This document shows positions 48,179-59,092 of a DNA stretch of 64,000 nucleotides, piece by piece. The DNA lies in assembly GCA_963719945.1 (NCBI GenBank), contig CAVRDX010000001.1, forward strand, positions 512,001 through 576,000, written 5' to 3'. Each line of letters starts with the position of its first letter. The first letter of the stretch is position 1. The position numbers and the translations under genes are program-made. A model generated the notes under the pieces. The model searched no databases, was not told the DNA's origin, and saw nothing but the letters and a program-made list of their open reading frames with translations. Origin of the DNA: an uncultured Thermoplasmata archaeon (GTDB lineage: Archaea; Thermoplasmatota; Thermoplasmata; UBA10834).

Positions 48179-50140
48179 TTGAGATTCCCCCTCACCGCGA
48201 AACTAGTGTCTGTAATCCTCATTCTTGTATTGGTGCCAGTGGCAGGCCTCAGCTATCTTGCTCTGGACGGTTTGAACAACATCAGGGGGAACGTAGATGT
48301 CCTCTACACTGAAAACATGCAGGTCGCCTCATTCATCGCCAATGGATCCACTTCACTCGCAGATGTTGAGAGCATGTTCATCTTGTACTACGTGAACTAT
48401 GGTTCTTCCCCGTCAACACAATATAAGACTGACCTACTGGCCCAAGTGCAGGATTTCAACAGTTTCGTCTACACATTCGAGCAGAGCTATAGTTTCAGCG
48501 TCCTGCCGAATATGGCTGAAATAGTGACCAATCAAGGCAGGCAGGATCTGTTGACCGATCAGACTACTGCACTCAACATAATAGATACCAGATGGGCTCA
48601 GTATCAGATAGAGCTCAATGCCGTCTTCGACGACCTAGATGATGCAGATTATGTTGCGGCTGCGGCATCCATGGATAATGCCACCATCGAGATGGTCGCC
48701 ATCAACTCCGCAATGAATGACCTCATTGTCACCTGCGTTGGCGGAGCAGCCCTCATGAACATCGTCGCGGAGGACACCATACGGGCGAGTGTCTTCTGGA
48801 CAATCATTGGAGGCACCTCAGTAGCCATCGTAATATCAATCATATCAATGGGCGTCTCGATGACAGTCACGAGACCAATAGTCACAGTTTCCAAGGCCGC
48901 GATGACAATCTCCGAGGGGAATTTCACCACCAGGCTTGAGATCAATGTCAATGATGATGAGATAGGTGACCTCGTGAAGTCCATGAATCTTCTCATTGAT
49001 AATACCTCGAAGCCGCTCCAGAGGCTCATCGAGAGTGCCGAGGCAATCTCAGCGGGCGACTGGACAATCGATATGAATGTTGAGGCCAAGGGCGATATCG
49101 CAAGGCTCGTAGGCAGCTTTAAGAAGATGAGGACGAACCTCATGACACTCACAGAGCAGATACAGGTCGCATCGAAGACCATCCTAGAATCATCGGCAAT
49201 CCTCGCGGAGACCGCCAAGCACATGACAGATGCAACACAGCAGGTATCATCCTCTGTCACTCAGACATCGAAGGGTGCCCAGATACAGGCAGCGAAGGTC
49301 GACGAGATGGTAAGGATGCTTGGCGAGCAGACGAAGGCAATCTACGATGTGGTCCAGAGCTCCCAGAATGCAGCAAGGGCGTCCGAGGATGCAAGCGATG
49401 TGGCGCAGAACGGTAGCAGATCAGCGGAGGACGCATTGCAGAGGATAAAGAGCCTGCTCACCAGCGTCGAAGAGACCGCTGAATCCATGAATGCCCTATC
49501 CAAGAAATCCAAGGAGATATCAGAGATCGTCATGATAATCACAAACATAGCGCAGCAGACCAACTTATTATCACTGAATGCGGCGATAGAAGCTGCCAGA
49601 GCGGGAGAGCACGGGCGAGGATTCGCCGTCGTCGCAGACGAAGTTCGAAAGCTCGCTGAGGGCTCCAGAAAAGCCGCGGGCCAGATTCAGGGCTTGCTCG
49701 AATCTGTCGAGCACGATATTGAATCGAGCACACACAAGATGGATCAGACCCGGATGAACGTCTCCGAAGGGACAAGAACCATCTCTGACGCACTCAAATC
49801 GCTTGAGGATATCGCAGCCACCGTAGAGGAGACAGCCGCTATGGTTCAGGAGATAAGCTCTTCGACGCAAGAGCAAAAGGCACTAACAGAGAGTCTCGCA
49901 AAGAATCTGGATGAGGTTGCAAGCATAGCGAACGAGACTTCATCATCGGTAGAGGAAGTATCCGCTTCAACGGAGGAAGTCGCTGCAGGGATGGAGGAAC
50001 TGACTGCCTCTGCTCAGGATCTCTCCGACCTCGCCAATGCATTGAACGATATCACCAAGAGCATATCCACCGTCAATCAGGAAATCATGAAACGCGTGCA
50101 TGAAGAGATTGAAACGCGTGATAAGAGGGAGCGGAATTGA
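48179..50140 (+). CDS. Methyl-accepting chemotaxis protein (2 TM, helical sensor, HAMP domains, MA domain)
   Basis: [38 protein letters not shown]; DEIGDL HAMP. Confidence 0.95.
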   Translation: MRFPLTAKLVSVILILVLVPVAGLSYLALDGLNNIRGNVDVLYTENMQVASFIANGSTSLADVESMFILYYVNYGSSPSTQYKTDLLAQVQDFNSFVYTFEQSYSFSVLPNMAEIVTNQGRQDLLTDQTTALNIIDTRWAQYQIELNAVFDDLDDADYVAAAASMDNATIEMVAINSAMNDLIVTCVGGAALMNIVAEDTIRASVFWTIIGGTSVAIVISIISMGVSMTVTRPIVTVSKAAMTISEGNFTTRLEINVNDDEIGDLVKSMNLLIDNTSKPLQRLIESAEAISAGDWTIDMNVEAKGDIARLVGSFKKMRTNLMTLTEQIQVASKTILESSAILAETAKHMTDATQQVSSSVTQTSKGAQIQAAKVDEMVRMLGEQTKAIYDVVQSSQNAARASEDASDVAQNGSRSAEDALQRIKSLLTSVEETAESMNALSKKSKEISEIVMIITNIAQQTNLLSLNAAIEAARAGEHGRGFAVVADEVRKLAEGSRKAAGQIQGLLESVEHDIESSTHKMDQTRMNVSEGTRTISDALKSLEDIAATVEETAAMVQEISSSTQEQKALTESLAKNLDEVASIANETSSSVEEVSASTEEVAAGMEELTASAQDLSDLANALNDITKSISTVNQEIMKRVHEEIETRDKRERN

Positions 50141-50604
50141 TGGATAAATCTACCCCGAGCCAGCAATACATAGTCTTTAGGCTTGGGAAGGAAGAGTACG
50201 CATTTGACATAGTCAATGTCAAGGAGATAAAGGACATTGATGAGATCGCCAAGGTTCACAGAACCCAGTCTTACATTGAGGGCGTCATGAACCTCAGAGG
50301 AAAGTTGGTGACAATCATCGACCTTAGGAAGAGGTTGGGACTGAAAACGAAATCACTAAACGAAGCATCCAAAATCGTGGTGATCGAGGCTCCTGACGCA
50401 CCCGTAGGATTTCTCGTTGATGAAGTATCTGAGGTCTTGAGACTGTCTGAATCAGATGTCGAGGCACCCCCATCGTACATCGCAAATTCGCTTGAGGCAG
50501 AATACGTCCGTGGCATCGCCAAACTGGGCGAAAGGCTGATAACAATTGTCGACCCAGTCAAGATATTAGAGTTATCACCGAATGAAACCCCTGGAGGAGG
50601 ATGA
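50140..50604 (+). CDS. cheW: Chemotaxis coupling protein
   Basis: FRLGKEEYA, GVMNLRG, GFLVDEV. Confidence 0.94.
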   Translation: MDKSTPSQQYIVFRLGKEEYAFDIVNVKEIKDIDEIAKVHRTQSYIEGVMNLRGKLVTIIDLRKRLGLKTKSLNEASKIVVIEAPDAPVGFLVDEVSEVLRLSESDVEAPPSYIANSLEAEYVRGIAKLGERLITIVDPVKILELSPNETPGGG

Positions 50605-50608
50605 GGAG

Positions 50609-50974
50609 ATGGCAAAAGTTCTCGTGGTAGACGATTCAGAATTCATGCGTAGAGTGCTTAAGAACATCCTTGAGAACGGTGGACACACGGTAAGAGAAGC
50701 AAGGAACGCAAATGAGGCTCTTGAGCTCTTCAAGAAGTTCGGCTCCGATGTCATCACAATGGATATCGTGATGCCAGAGACTGATGGCATCGAGACCGTC
50801 AAGAGACTAAAAGAAGCCGATGATAAAGTGAAGATCATCATGGTTTCCGCTCTGGGCCACCAGAAGACGGTCATGAGAGCATTGGAAGCCGGTGCCCTTG
50901 ATTTCATAATGAAACCATTCACAGCAGATGATGTTCTCGAATCCGTGAACGCGGTTCTCCAAATGGGCATATGA
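50609..50974 (+). CDS. cheY: Chemotaxis response regulator
   Basis: VLVVDDS, MDIVMP..DG, SA, FIMKPF. Confidence 0.93.
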   Translation: MAKVLVVDDSEFMRRVLKNILENGGHTVREARNANEALELFKKFGSDVITMDIVMPETDGIETVKRLKEADDKVKIIMVSALGHQKTVMRALEAGALDFIMKPFTADDVLESVNAVLQMGI

Positions 50975-50984
50975 GAGGTGTCTG

Positions 50985-52043
50985 ATGCCAGACTCGGTCA
51001 AGATCCTCGTCGTCGATGACAGCGCATATATGCGAGTAGTTCTACGCGACATGTTGGAATCTGAGGAAGGATTGACCGTATTAGATACAGCAAAGGATGG
51101 TATCGATGCGCTCGAGAAGCTGGAGAGCCTACGACCAGACATCGTACTCCTCGACATACAGATGCCTCGGATGGACGGACTCACTACCCTCCAAATGATA
51201 ATGAAGAACAGGCCCACGAGGGTGGTCATGCTGAGCGCGATGGACAAGATAGATGGTCAGCTACCATTGAGAGCATTATCGTTGGGAGCAATCGATTTCA
51301 TTCCCAAGCCAAGCGGAACCATATCAATAGACATAATCAACTACAAGGCCAGGATAGCAAACCATCTCAGGAGCATAGCAGGGGCGAAGCTAGAAGCTCT
51401 TCAGAGAAAGACCGCGACTGTCCGTTTACTCTCGAGTGAATCAGAGAAGACGCCAGACATACATGCCAAGACCAAAGCAATCGTATTTGCCGCATCGACG
51501 GGAGGTCCACGGGCCCTGGAGACGGTGTTCTCCATCCTGCCAAAGAATCTTCCAGCATCGATGTTCATAGTTCAGCATATTCCTTCCGAATTCTCGACAC
51601 TATTCGCCAAGAGGCTCGATGCATTGCTAGGCCCGTCGGTGGAGCTCGCATCAGATCGAGCGTTCGTTGAAACCAATAAGACATATCTAGCGCCTGGCGG
51701 CAGACATCTCATCCTCGAGCCGAAGGAGCGCAAGGGTATCATGATGAAGTTGGATGACGGCCCGCCAGTACAGTTCGTCCGTCCATCTGCGAATATCCTA
51801 TTCGAGAGCGCAGCACGATGCTATGGGCAGAAACTCATGGGAATAGTCCTTACGGGGATGGGGTCAGATGGTGCAAGAGGAGCGGGCATCATCAAGAGAT
51901 ACGGTGGCAGCGTCATCGTCCAGAACGAGGAATCTTCAGTGATGTTCGGCATGGCCAAAGCAACCATAGGAGCGGGTGCTGTAGACGAAGTGTTGCCACT
52001 GGAGGCAATTCCAAGCAGGATCATAGATTTCATCGAGGAGTGA
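50985..52043 (+). CDS. cheB: Chemotaxis methylesterase (REC-CheB)
   Basis: REC domain; ASTGG, VQH, RPS, LTGMGSDG triad. Confidence 0.94.
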   Translation: MPDSVKILVVDDSAYMRVVLRDMLESEEGLTVLDTAKDGIDALEKLESLRPDIVLLDIQMPRMDGLTTLQMIMKNRPTRVVMLSAMDKIDGQLPLRALSLGAIDFIPKPSGTISIDIINYKARIANHLRSIAGAKLEALQRKTATVRLLSSESEKTPDIHAKTKAIVFAASTGGPRALETVFSILPKNLPASMFIVQHIPSEFSTLFAKRLDALLGPSVELASDRAFVETNKTYLAPGGRHLILEPKERKGIMMKLDDGPPVQFVRPSANILFESAARCYGQKLMGIVLTGMGSDGARGAGIIKRYGGSVIVQNEESSVMFGMAKATIGAGAVDEVLPLEAIPSRIIDFIEE

Positions 52044-53968
52044 TACGACTGACAAAGGAGTTCGATCTCAACAAGTACTCGAAGCTCTTCGTGAGCGAAT
52101 CCAGAGAGTACCTCCGTTCACTTAATGAGGCGATGATAGCGCTCGAATCGAACGGGGAAGACAAAGAGCTTATCGATCAGATGTTCAGGGCATGCCATAC
52201 GCTCAAAGGCATGGCAAGCATGATGAATCTCAATCCTATCACTGAGACAGCGCACGCGCTCGAAGATGTTCTCGCTTCCATCAGGGACGGAAAGATGTCA
52301 GTGAATGAAACGGTTATCGAGGGCATATTCAAGGGCATCGACGGACTAGAATCCATGGTCTCCGAGGTCGAACGTACCCTTGATGTCAGCCAGAACCCAG
52401 AGCTAGTCGCCAGACTCAGGACACTAACCACTAAACCCCAGGAAACGAAGAAGGCTCCGAAAAAGAAGGCATCTGCCATCGAAATGAAGGTGTCCTCAAA
52501 AGGAAATGTAATCAACATAAAGCTTGCGCGCAGATGCGCCTTGCCCTCTGCCAGGGCAATAGTGATTATGAAAGAACTCGAGAAGGGCGGATCGATCCTG
52601 AGCATGACCCCGTCCGAGGACGATATCGAGAACGAGCGACCCTTCGATGAGCTAGTCATTGAAGTGGACCCTCTGGAGAACTATGCGGATGTCCTTTCGA
52701 GAATAGCAAATATGACGGATGTTGAGCAGCTCCTCGAAGGAGAGGCTGGCACCCCGAAGAACCAGATGAAGCGAGTGTCCAGGCTGGAGAAGAAAACCAT
52801 GGATGGTCAGGAGATTCCGCTCGTGCAGACAGTGAAAGTGGGGATGGACAAACTGGACGATCTCCTCGACGATGTCGGCGAACTTGTAATCGGCAGAAGC
52901 AGACTGGTCGAGAAAGCAACATCGAGCGAAGATTACGAACTCCAGGAGATATCATCACTGATTGATAATCTCACTTCAGAGATCCAGGCGAAGGTGCTGG
53001 GCATACGCATGATACCCCTTGAGTATGTCATGAGCCGATTCCCTAGGATGGTCCGAGATCTGGCCAAAAGCCAAGAAAAGGAGGTCGAGTTCGTCGTCGA
53101 TGGAGGGAATATCGAGCTCGACAGGACTGTCGTCGATAGGATATCAGAGCCCATAGTCCACATAATCAGAAACGCAATCGATCACGGTATAGAGATGCCC
53201 GATGACAGAGATAAGATCGGCAAGAATCGCAAGGGGCTAATCAGAGTGGTCGCATCCAAGCAGCAGGACCATGTATTGATCGAGATAACGGATGACGGAC
53301 GAGGCTTGGATTTCGATCGAATACGACGGAGTGCTGTGACAAAAGGATTCATGTCCAAGGAGAGGGCAGATGCCGCACTCGGGCGAGAACTGATAGAGCT
53401 CATGTTCCTCCCAGGATTCACCACGAAAACCGAAGTATCAGAAACATCAGGAAGAGGTGTTGGTCTCGATGTCGTCAAGAGAGGTGTCGAGGACCTTGGA
53501 GGCTCCGTGATGATGTCCACCTCGAAAGGGGCTGGTACAACCATCTCTCTCTGGCTACCATTCACCCTGGCGATCATCGACGCAATGATGACATCGATCA
53601 ATGAGCAGATATATGCTGCTCCCATGAGTTCGGTAATCGAATCCCACTCTTTCGAAGCATCTGAGATAAGGCTAATACGCAACAGAGAGGTCGTCCAGCT
53701 GAGGGGCGAGGTGCTCCCTCTTATCGACATGTATAATTTCTTCAATTTGGAGCTTTCACCCAAGAAGGAGAGCATCAACACCCTGATCGTTCAGAGCCGT
53801 GAGAGACGCGCGGCCATCAGGGTCGACGAGCTCATCGGGCATCAGCAGATAGTCGTAAAATCATTGGATAGACGCCTAAGGAATACCAGAGGCATATCTG
53901 GTGGAACGATATTGGGCAGCGGCAAGATAGCGCTCATACTGGATGTAGATTCAATCCTCGGAGACTGA
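52040..53968 (+). CDS. cheA: Chemotaxis histidine kinase
   Basis: FRACHTLKG (Hpt), HIIRNAIDHG, DDGRG, SGRGVGLDVV, C-terminal CheW domain; start is GTG 52040 or CTG 52049. Confidence 0.95.
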   Translation: MIRLTKEFDLNKYSKLFVSESREYLRSLNEAMIALESNGEDKELIDQMFRACHTLKGMASMMNLNPITETAHALEDVLASIRDGKMSVNETVIEGIFKGIDGLESMVSEVERTLDVSQNPELVARLRTLTTKPQETKKAPKKKASAIEMKVSSKGNVINIKLARRCALPSARAIVIMKELEKGGSILSMTPSEDDIENERPFDELVIEVDPLENYADVLSRIANMTDVEQLLEGEAGTPKNQMKRVSRLEKKTMDGQEIPLVQTVKVGMDKLDDLLDDVGELVIGRSRLVEKATSSEDYELQEISSLIDNLTSEIQAKVLGIRMIPLEYVMSRFPRMVRDLAKSQEKEVEFVVDGGNIELDRTVVDRISEPIVHIIRNAIDHGIEMPDDRDKIGKNRKGLIRVVASKQQDHVLIEITDDGRGLDFDRIRRSAVTKGFMSKERADAALGRELIELMFLPGFTTKTEVSETSGRGVGLDVVKRGVEDLGGSVMMSTSKGAGTTISLWLPFTLAIIDAMMTSINEQIYAAPMSSVIESHSFEASEIRLIRNREVVQLRGEVLPLIDMYNFFNLELSPKKESINTLIVQSRERRAAIRVDELIGHQQIVVKSLDRRLRNTRGISGGTILGSGKIALILDVDSILGD

Positions 53969-53973
53969 TTGAG

Positions 53974-54585
53974 ATGAAGGAGATAGACGAGAGCAAGGTA
54001 TTGGAGATCGTGCGAGAATTTGCCAACGTTGGCGCGGGAAACGCAGCCACTGCACTCGCCGCTCTTCTGGATATCGAAGTCGTGAATGAGGTGACATCAT
54101 GCAATTTCTTGAAATTCTCTGAGGTTGGTGAATGGCTCGGTGGCTCGGATAAGGTCGTCGTCGGTGTTTATACGCAGCTATGTGGTGACCTTCGGGGTGG
54201 AGTATTGGTGGTGCTTTCAGACAAATCAGCTGCAATCCTCATGAAGCACCTGACCAACGAGGAGATCAATCTATCCGATCTATCGCCGATGCACGCATCC
54301 GCTCTCAGGGAGATAGGCAACATATGCCTCTGTTGGTACCTTGTCGCAGTCTCCAAGATGATAGACACTGACCTCATACCAGCACCGCCAGATGTATCCG
54401 TTGACATGCTGGGCGCCATCATCGACCTCCCGCTCGCCAACCTTGACATCGATGTGGATTCTGTCATAGCGGTACACACGATATTCAAGAGCTTCGAGAA
54501 GGAGTTCGACGGATACTTCCTACTCCTTCCTGAGCAGCAGATGCTGGATACGATACTGGAGAAGATGGGAGATACGATGAGATGA
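53974..54585 (+). CDS. cheC: Chemotaxis phosphatase
   Basis: EFANVGAGNAATAL and SALREIGNI motifs. Confidence 0.9.
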   Translation: MKEIDESKVLEIVREFANVGAGNAATALAALLDIEVVNEVTSCNFLKFSEVGEWLGGSDKVVVGVYTQLCGDLRGGVLVVLSDKSAAILMKHLTNEEINLSDLSPMHASALREIGNICLCWYLVAVSKMIDTDLIPAPPDVSVDMLGAIIDLPLANLDIDVDSVIAVHTIFKSFEKEFDGYFLLLPEQQMLDTILEKMGDTMR

Positions 54586-55058
54586 GAGAACCGATCCTCG
54601 TGGGCATATCGCAATCTGCCGTTGCCAAGGCACCGGAGCTGATATGCTGCATGGGGCTCGGGTCTTGCGTTGCTGTGTTCTTGTATGACCCTCAAATCAA
54701 ACTTGGCGGAGTAGTCCATATCCTACTTCCGAGAGCGCCATTGAGGGTTGAGAACGAAGGCAAATACGCTGACACGGGAGTCAAGAAACTCTTCAGGGAC
54801 ATGATTGCCAAAGGCGCCAAGAAAGACCGAATCAGGGCCAAACTCGTCGGGGGCGCTCAGATGTTCGCAAATCTGAACGTTCAAATCAGCGACATCGGAG
54901 GAGATAACTGCCGCGAGGTCAAGAGGGTACTCAGAGAACTTGGAATCAAGATAATCGCAGAGGACCTTCAGGGGAACAGAGGCAGGTCTGCCACTTTCGA
55001 CCTATTCGATGGACATGTCCTGATCAAGACTGCTTTTGCAGATGCCAGAACAATCTAA
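54582..55058 (+). CDS. cheD: Chemoreceptor glutamine deamidase
   Basis: GLGSCV, HILLP, KYAD, AKLVGGAQMF, IG..N. Confidence 0.93.
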   Translation: MREPILVGISQSAVAKAPELICCMGLGSCVAVFLYDPQIKLGGVVHILLPRAPLRVENEGKYADTGVKKLFRDMIAKGAKKDRIRAKLVGGAQMFANLNVQISDIGGDNCREVKRVLRELGIKIIAEDLQGNRGRSATFDLFDGHVLIKTAFADARTI

Positions 55059-55115
55059 ACATCATATAAAGTATCACGGGAAAGGCTTTTGTAGATGGAT
55101 CGTCTTGATTACATC

Positions 55116-55439
55116 TGCCAGGAGAAGGCGGATGGCTGACGGTAGACTCGTTCTCAGAACGAGTCGGCTGAGGAAAGTCCCCTCTCCAAGAGAAGGTGGG
55201 CTGCCAGAGCAGCAGGGCGAGAGTCCTGGCAAGGGCACAGAAACGGCACAGCCTTGGGATAATGTGATGATTCCTTTGAGGATGAAGTCTCCCGAGGATT
55301 TGTTGAAACGGCGACACCCCACCGGAGCAAGCTCAAACGGCCGAATCGATTCTCATCGTCGGCGGGTAGAGTGCATTAGTCGAATGCCATCAACCTCGAA
55401 AGAGGCGAACAGAAAGGGGCTTATGTCCTTCACCTGGCA
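55116..55439 (+). ncRNA. rnpB: RNase P RNA
   Basis: GAGGAAAGTCC, ACAGAAA, TGAAACG, GGAGCAAG, AACAGAA...GGCTTA; P1 helix TGCCAGG/CCTGGCA. Confidence 0.95.
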
Positions 55440-55615
55440 CTTAAACATCTTAAGAGAGTATATCGCACAATTTCTCTCGCTGGCCATCTTCTTGAAGATG
55501 CAATATGAGTAATCCCATGACAATGAGTATGTCATCTCCTCGTGGAAATCATCTATCCGCATGAGTGGCAGCGAAAACCACAATATTTATCATATATTCA
55601 AGGCTACTAGAATCA

Positions 55616-56563
55616 ATGACCCTCTCGTACCGACATCCCGTAGAACAGGATATCGACCTGATAACTTCAATCACGAACATGTCGAGGCGGGAGACTGCGT
55701 ATCATCACGACCTGACACCAGCCGAACGCAATTCTGAGACCTTTGATGACCCTGACTACAATCCGGAAGGTGCTTGGCTGGTCTTCGACGGAACGAGATC
55801 CATTGCATACGGAATCGGAGTCATCGAAGAGGGGAGAATTCAAGCAGGGCTTGACGATGGATGGGTCGAAATTGATGTCATCCCTGAGGCTCGGGGATGC
55901 GGCGCAGAAGAGGAGTTGATGAGACTAGCGCTCGATTACATCAAATCGCGAGGCGTTGGTCGAGCGATGGCAAGGATAGAAGAGACCGAGAGGTGGAAGA
56001 AGGAGCTATACCTTCGGTCCGGATTCAAGAGCGTCCGGCACTTCTATCGACTGGCACGACGAGACAAAGGAGACATTCCACAAAAGGAATTTCCTCCAGC
56101 AATCGATGTGACGCACAGAATGCTCAAAGAGATGTCAGATGACGAGATAGCAGCCTTCACAGAGATTCTGAACGATACTTTCTCAGAACACTTCAGTTTC
56201 GCTCCTGAGCCACCGTGGAGATGGACAAAGTGGAGAGATGTGTGCGATGACCCCTGGATGGTATCTATGGCGAAGAAGTCCTCGAAAACTGTCGCGCTAT
56301 GTGTCGCTGAGGTCCCACTGAGATATAATGCAGATCACAGAATTCAATCTGGATGGATAGACCTACTTGGCGTGACAAAGGTTATGCGAGGACAAGGACT
56401 CGGAACCGCCATGCTTGTGGATGGGATGAAATGGCTCGAAAGCACAGGGCACGATACAATCTTCATTGGGGTCGATGCTGAGAACGATAAAGCTCTCGGC
56501 CTGTACGTATCTCTAGGTTTCAATGTCGAGAACGAGAACCAGGTATACGAGCTGGTCTTCTAG
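55616..56563 (+). CDS. Tandem-domain GNAT acetyltransferase (MshD-like architecture)
   Basis: V.PEARGCG, LLGV..MRGQGLG, GVDAEN..ALGLY.SLGF. Confidence 0.88.
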   Translation: MTLSYRHPVEQDIDLITSITNMSRRETAYHHDLTPAERNSETFDDPDYNPEGAWLVFDGTRSIAYGIGVIEEGRIQAGLDDGWVEIDVIPEARGCGAEEELMRLALDYIKSRGVGRAMARIEETERWKKELYLRSGFKSVRHFYRLARRDKGDIPQKEFPPAIDVTHRMLKEMSDDEIAAFTEILNDTFSEHFSFAPEPPWRWTKWRDVCDDPWMVSMAKKSSKTVALCVAEVPLRYNADHRIQSGWIDLLGVTKVMRGQGLGTAMLVDGMKWLESTGHDTIFIGVDAENDKALGLYVSLGFNVENENQVYELVF

Positions 56564-56734
56564 GCATAGAATAATGCATCCCTTGATGATTCTGCGACAC
56601 TCAGCTTATGCGAAGCTGGGGATTGCCATCCACAATAAGGCAGAAGAAGATCAATTCCCGTTGATTGGATTCTACTCTAGAAATGAATTCCCCATTGGCA
56701 ACATCGACCCGTGCTGCCATTGATAGGAATGAGA

Positions 56735-57802
56735 TTAGTACATCTTCGAGTAGAACGCCAGCATCATCAGTGCGGTCACCGTGATCCATTGGTCATCGAT
56801 CATGTGAGGCCGCATCGACCTGTACCAAAACCCATCATTTCGCCTCATTCCAATCAGCCATCGGATAGCCTTCTCCATCCTAGGATCATCAGGGCCGAAT
56901 CCCATATACTCAAGGCAGTCTATCGCAGTCAATCCGCACCCATAGTAAACTGGAAATTTCAGCATAGTCCAGTTCTTCTCGGAATAGTAGAAATTGGTGT
57001 GATAGTTGCGCTTGAAGAAACTATTCAGCAGGAAATCGCCACCCGATTTGAATTTTTTGTTTTGACGGAGCGAATCATCCCAATTGAGCCCTCTTAGAGC
57101 TCCCAAGGTACTCCAGATGCAGCTGGGTATAGCTCTAGACTCCTCTGCTGTGCACGCGGCTACCTCACCGCTCTTTACCTTCGCTATGAAATCAGCGATA
57201 GGCAAGTGCTTGTACTCATCACGATACCTTGCGTCCTGAAGAAACGGGATGTTCCATCCACCGTCATGCCTTTGGTTCTTTATGATCCACTGGACAAGCT
57301 TTCCGACTCGTGGGTCGCGTTCCTTCTTAAATCGGTACAGCACGCACATGGCGAGGCCATTCCGTGCTGGACGGGGGAGCAAGTCCTGCTCAGGGCCCTG
57401 TATATACCCATCCTCATGCTGCCATTCGAGTATCCGCTCTAGGGCGTTGTCAGTATAACCCGTCCCTGGTGGCGTGAAGTATTCGAACAGAAGATACAGG
57501 TTTCGCATTACCATCGTCGAGGTCCAGCCAACCGGAGGCCCAGGTCCTGCGCCCTCATCAATCATCCGCTGTTTCGATATCGGCCAGGTACCATCCTCCC
57601 GGAGAGTATTCAGCAGTTTGACTCGCGGAGGATAGTGTTCGCATTCAGCAAGCGCTTTCTGATAAGCGGAATCCTCTCGACCCTTATACAAGACACCGTC
57701 CAAAAGCCAACATCGTACCGGAGGTATGGATACCTGATACAACTTTCGAGACGATTCCTCGATTATCCTATCAATCTCGTTCTTTAGCCCCACCACAACC
57801 AT
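56735..57802 (-). CDS. Prenyltransferase/terpene cyclase-like alpha-alpha barrel hypothetical protein
   Basis: QW-like repeats LREDGTW, WQHEDG, NQRHDGGW, RRNDGFW; start uncertain. Confidence 0.7.
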   Translation of the reverse strand: MVVVGLKNEIDRIIEESSRKLYQVSIPPVRCWLLDGVLYKGREDSAYQKALAECEHYPPRVKLLNTLREDGTWPISKQRMIDEGAGPGPPVGWTSTMVMRNLYLLFEYFTPPGTGYTDNALERILEWQHEDGYIQGPEQDLLPRPARNGLAMCVLYRFKKERDPRVGKLVQWIIKNQRHDGGWNIPFLQDARYRDEYKHLPIADFIAKVKSGEVAACTAEESRAIPSCIWSTLGALRGLNWDDSLRQNKKFKSGGDFLLNSFFKRNYHTNFYYSEKNWTMLKFPVYYGCGLTAIDCLEYMGFGPDDPRMEKAIRWLIGMRRNDGFWYRSMRPHMIDDQWITVTALMMLAFYSKMY

Positions 57803-57943
57803 CAAATGTGACTGCATATGAATCAATCTTGCGGTCAATATTCGAGTGGCCATCGAATTCAAGGAGATCTCTTGGGACAAAGAGACATAGGCTAGAAGAA
57901 GAAGACTGCTTGCCATCGCAATTGAGCCAGGCAACGACCGCAC

Positions 57944-58894
57944 TTAGCGCCTGAGACTCTTCCCGTATGCCATATTGCGATACTGGACCTCGAATCCCAG
58001 CGATTGGTATAGACCAAAGGCTGTCGGGTTTTCGGTATCGACACCGATGTAGACGTTCTCAATGCCCCGAGTCATAAGCCAATGAACACCATCGGCTATC
58101 AATGCTCGTCCTATTCCTCGTCGCCTATGAACTTCGCGAACGCCACCGAGCAGTATCCAACCCTCCTTATTTGCTCTTTCCCTGTTCAGGACCTTGCTGT
58201 CTTCCGTGAGAAATGCACCGACACAATTTCCGTCAACAGAGGCATATGTTACTCGGAAAGTGTCCTGCGAAGTATCCCGGATATTCATCAGCCTGCTTGG
58301 TGGATATGGCTCATAGTTGAATTGTCCTTTGAAAGTCTCTGTCACAATATCGGCAAAGAGCTCAATTTCGTCGTCAGAGCAATCAGTAAGCAGTCGTCCA
58401 TCAAGCGTGCATCCTGTAGGTGGAGATATCCTCGCGAGATTCTCTACATTTTTGGCGAGCATCGAATTGAATACACGCACCATTTGATATCCAGAACCTT
58501 GAAGCAAGTTGATCCTCCAATCATCATCCTCAGTCGAAGATGCCCTAGCGAACATGATGCCCTTGTCGACCATGTAGCTCTCAGCCCGCCGCACTAGTTC
58601 CTCTTCCACACCTTTTCCGCGATATTCTGGAGAAACCTCTATCTTCGCATATCCTTCCTTCTTCCCTAATGCGAGCTTGCCATGGGCTATGAATGCCTCA
58701 CCATATGCAATCGCTTTGCCACCTGAGAGCGCTAGCCATGCTCCAGAGGGATCAAAATCCTCATCATCCATTGTCTCTGCTGCAACTTCATCTGCAGTCA
58801 TCTCCCTCTGGAAAGGGATCCCTCTTCGAGACTGGTTCAGGACCCTAGTGATCTTCCGAAGATCTGCCCTGCGGACATTCCTATATTCGACCAT
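57944..58894 (-). CDS. Tandem-domain GNAT acetyltransferase, paralogue of 55616..56563
   Basis: DFDPSGAWL, VSPEYRGKG, GVREVHRRRGIG, GVDTENP.A..LYQSLGF. Confidence 0.88.
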   Translation of the reverse strand: MVEYRNVRRADLRKITRVLNQSRRGIPFQREMTADEVAAETMDDEDFDPSGAWLALSGGKAIAYGEAFIAHGKLALGKKEGYAKIEVSPEYRGKGVEEELVRRAESYMVDKGIMFARASSTEDDDWRINLLQGSGYQMVRVFNSMLAKNVENLARISPPTGCTLDGRLLTDCSDDEIELFADIVTETFKGQFNYEPYPPSRLMNIRDTSQDTFRVTYASVDGNCVGAFLTEDSKVLNRERANKEGWILLGGVREVHRRRGIGRALIADGVHWLMTRGIENVYIGVDTENPTAFGLYQSLGFEVQYRNMAYGKSLRR

Positions 58895-59092
58895 CGATTC
58901 GTCCCAACCCACGAATCCGTGCCTTTGATTGAAGCGTAGTCTGAATCATAAGTCTGTCGACAATGTCGCAAATAGGGAATGCTGCGACATAATCAGCTAC
59001 TGACACCATGATTAATCATGTCTCCTGCAAAAGAGAATGACGATTTCCCAGATTACATCTGGGAATATCGCACTGACAGCTCCTATTATAAC

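Noticed and set aside
55024-55583. Short ORFs overlapping 55.0-55.5 kb
   Set aside because: They overlap the RNase P RNA gene.
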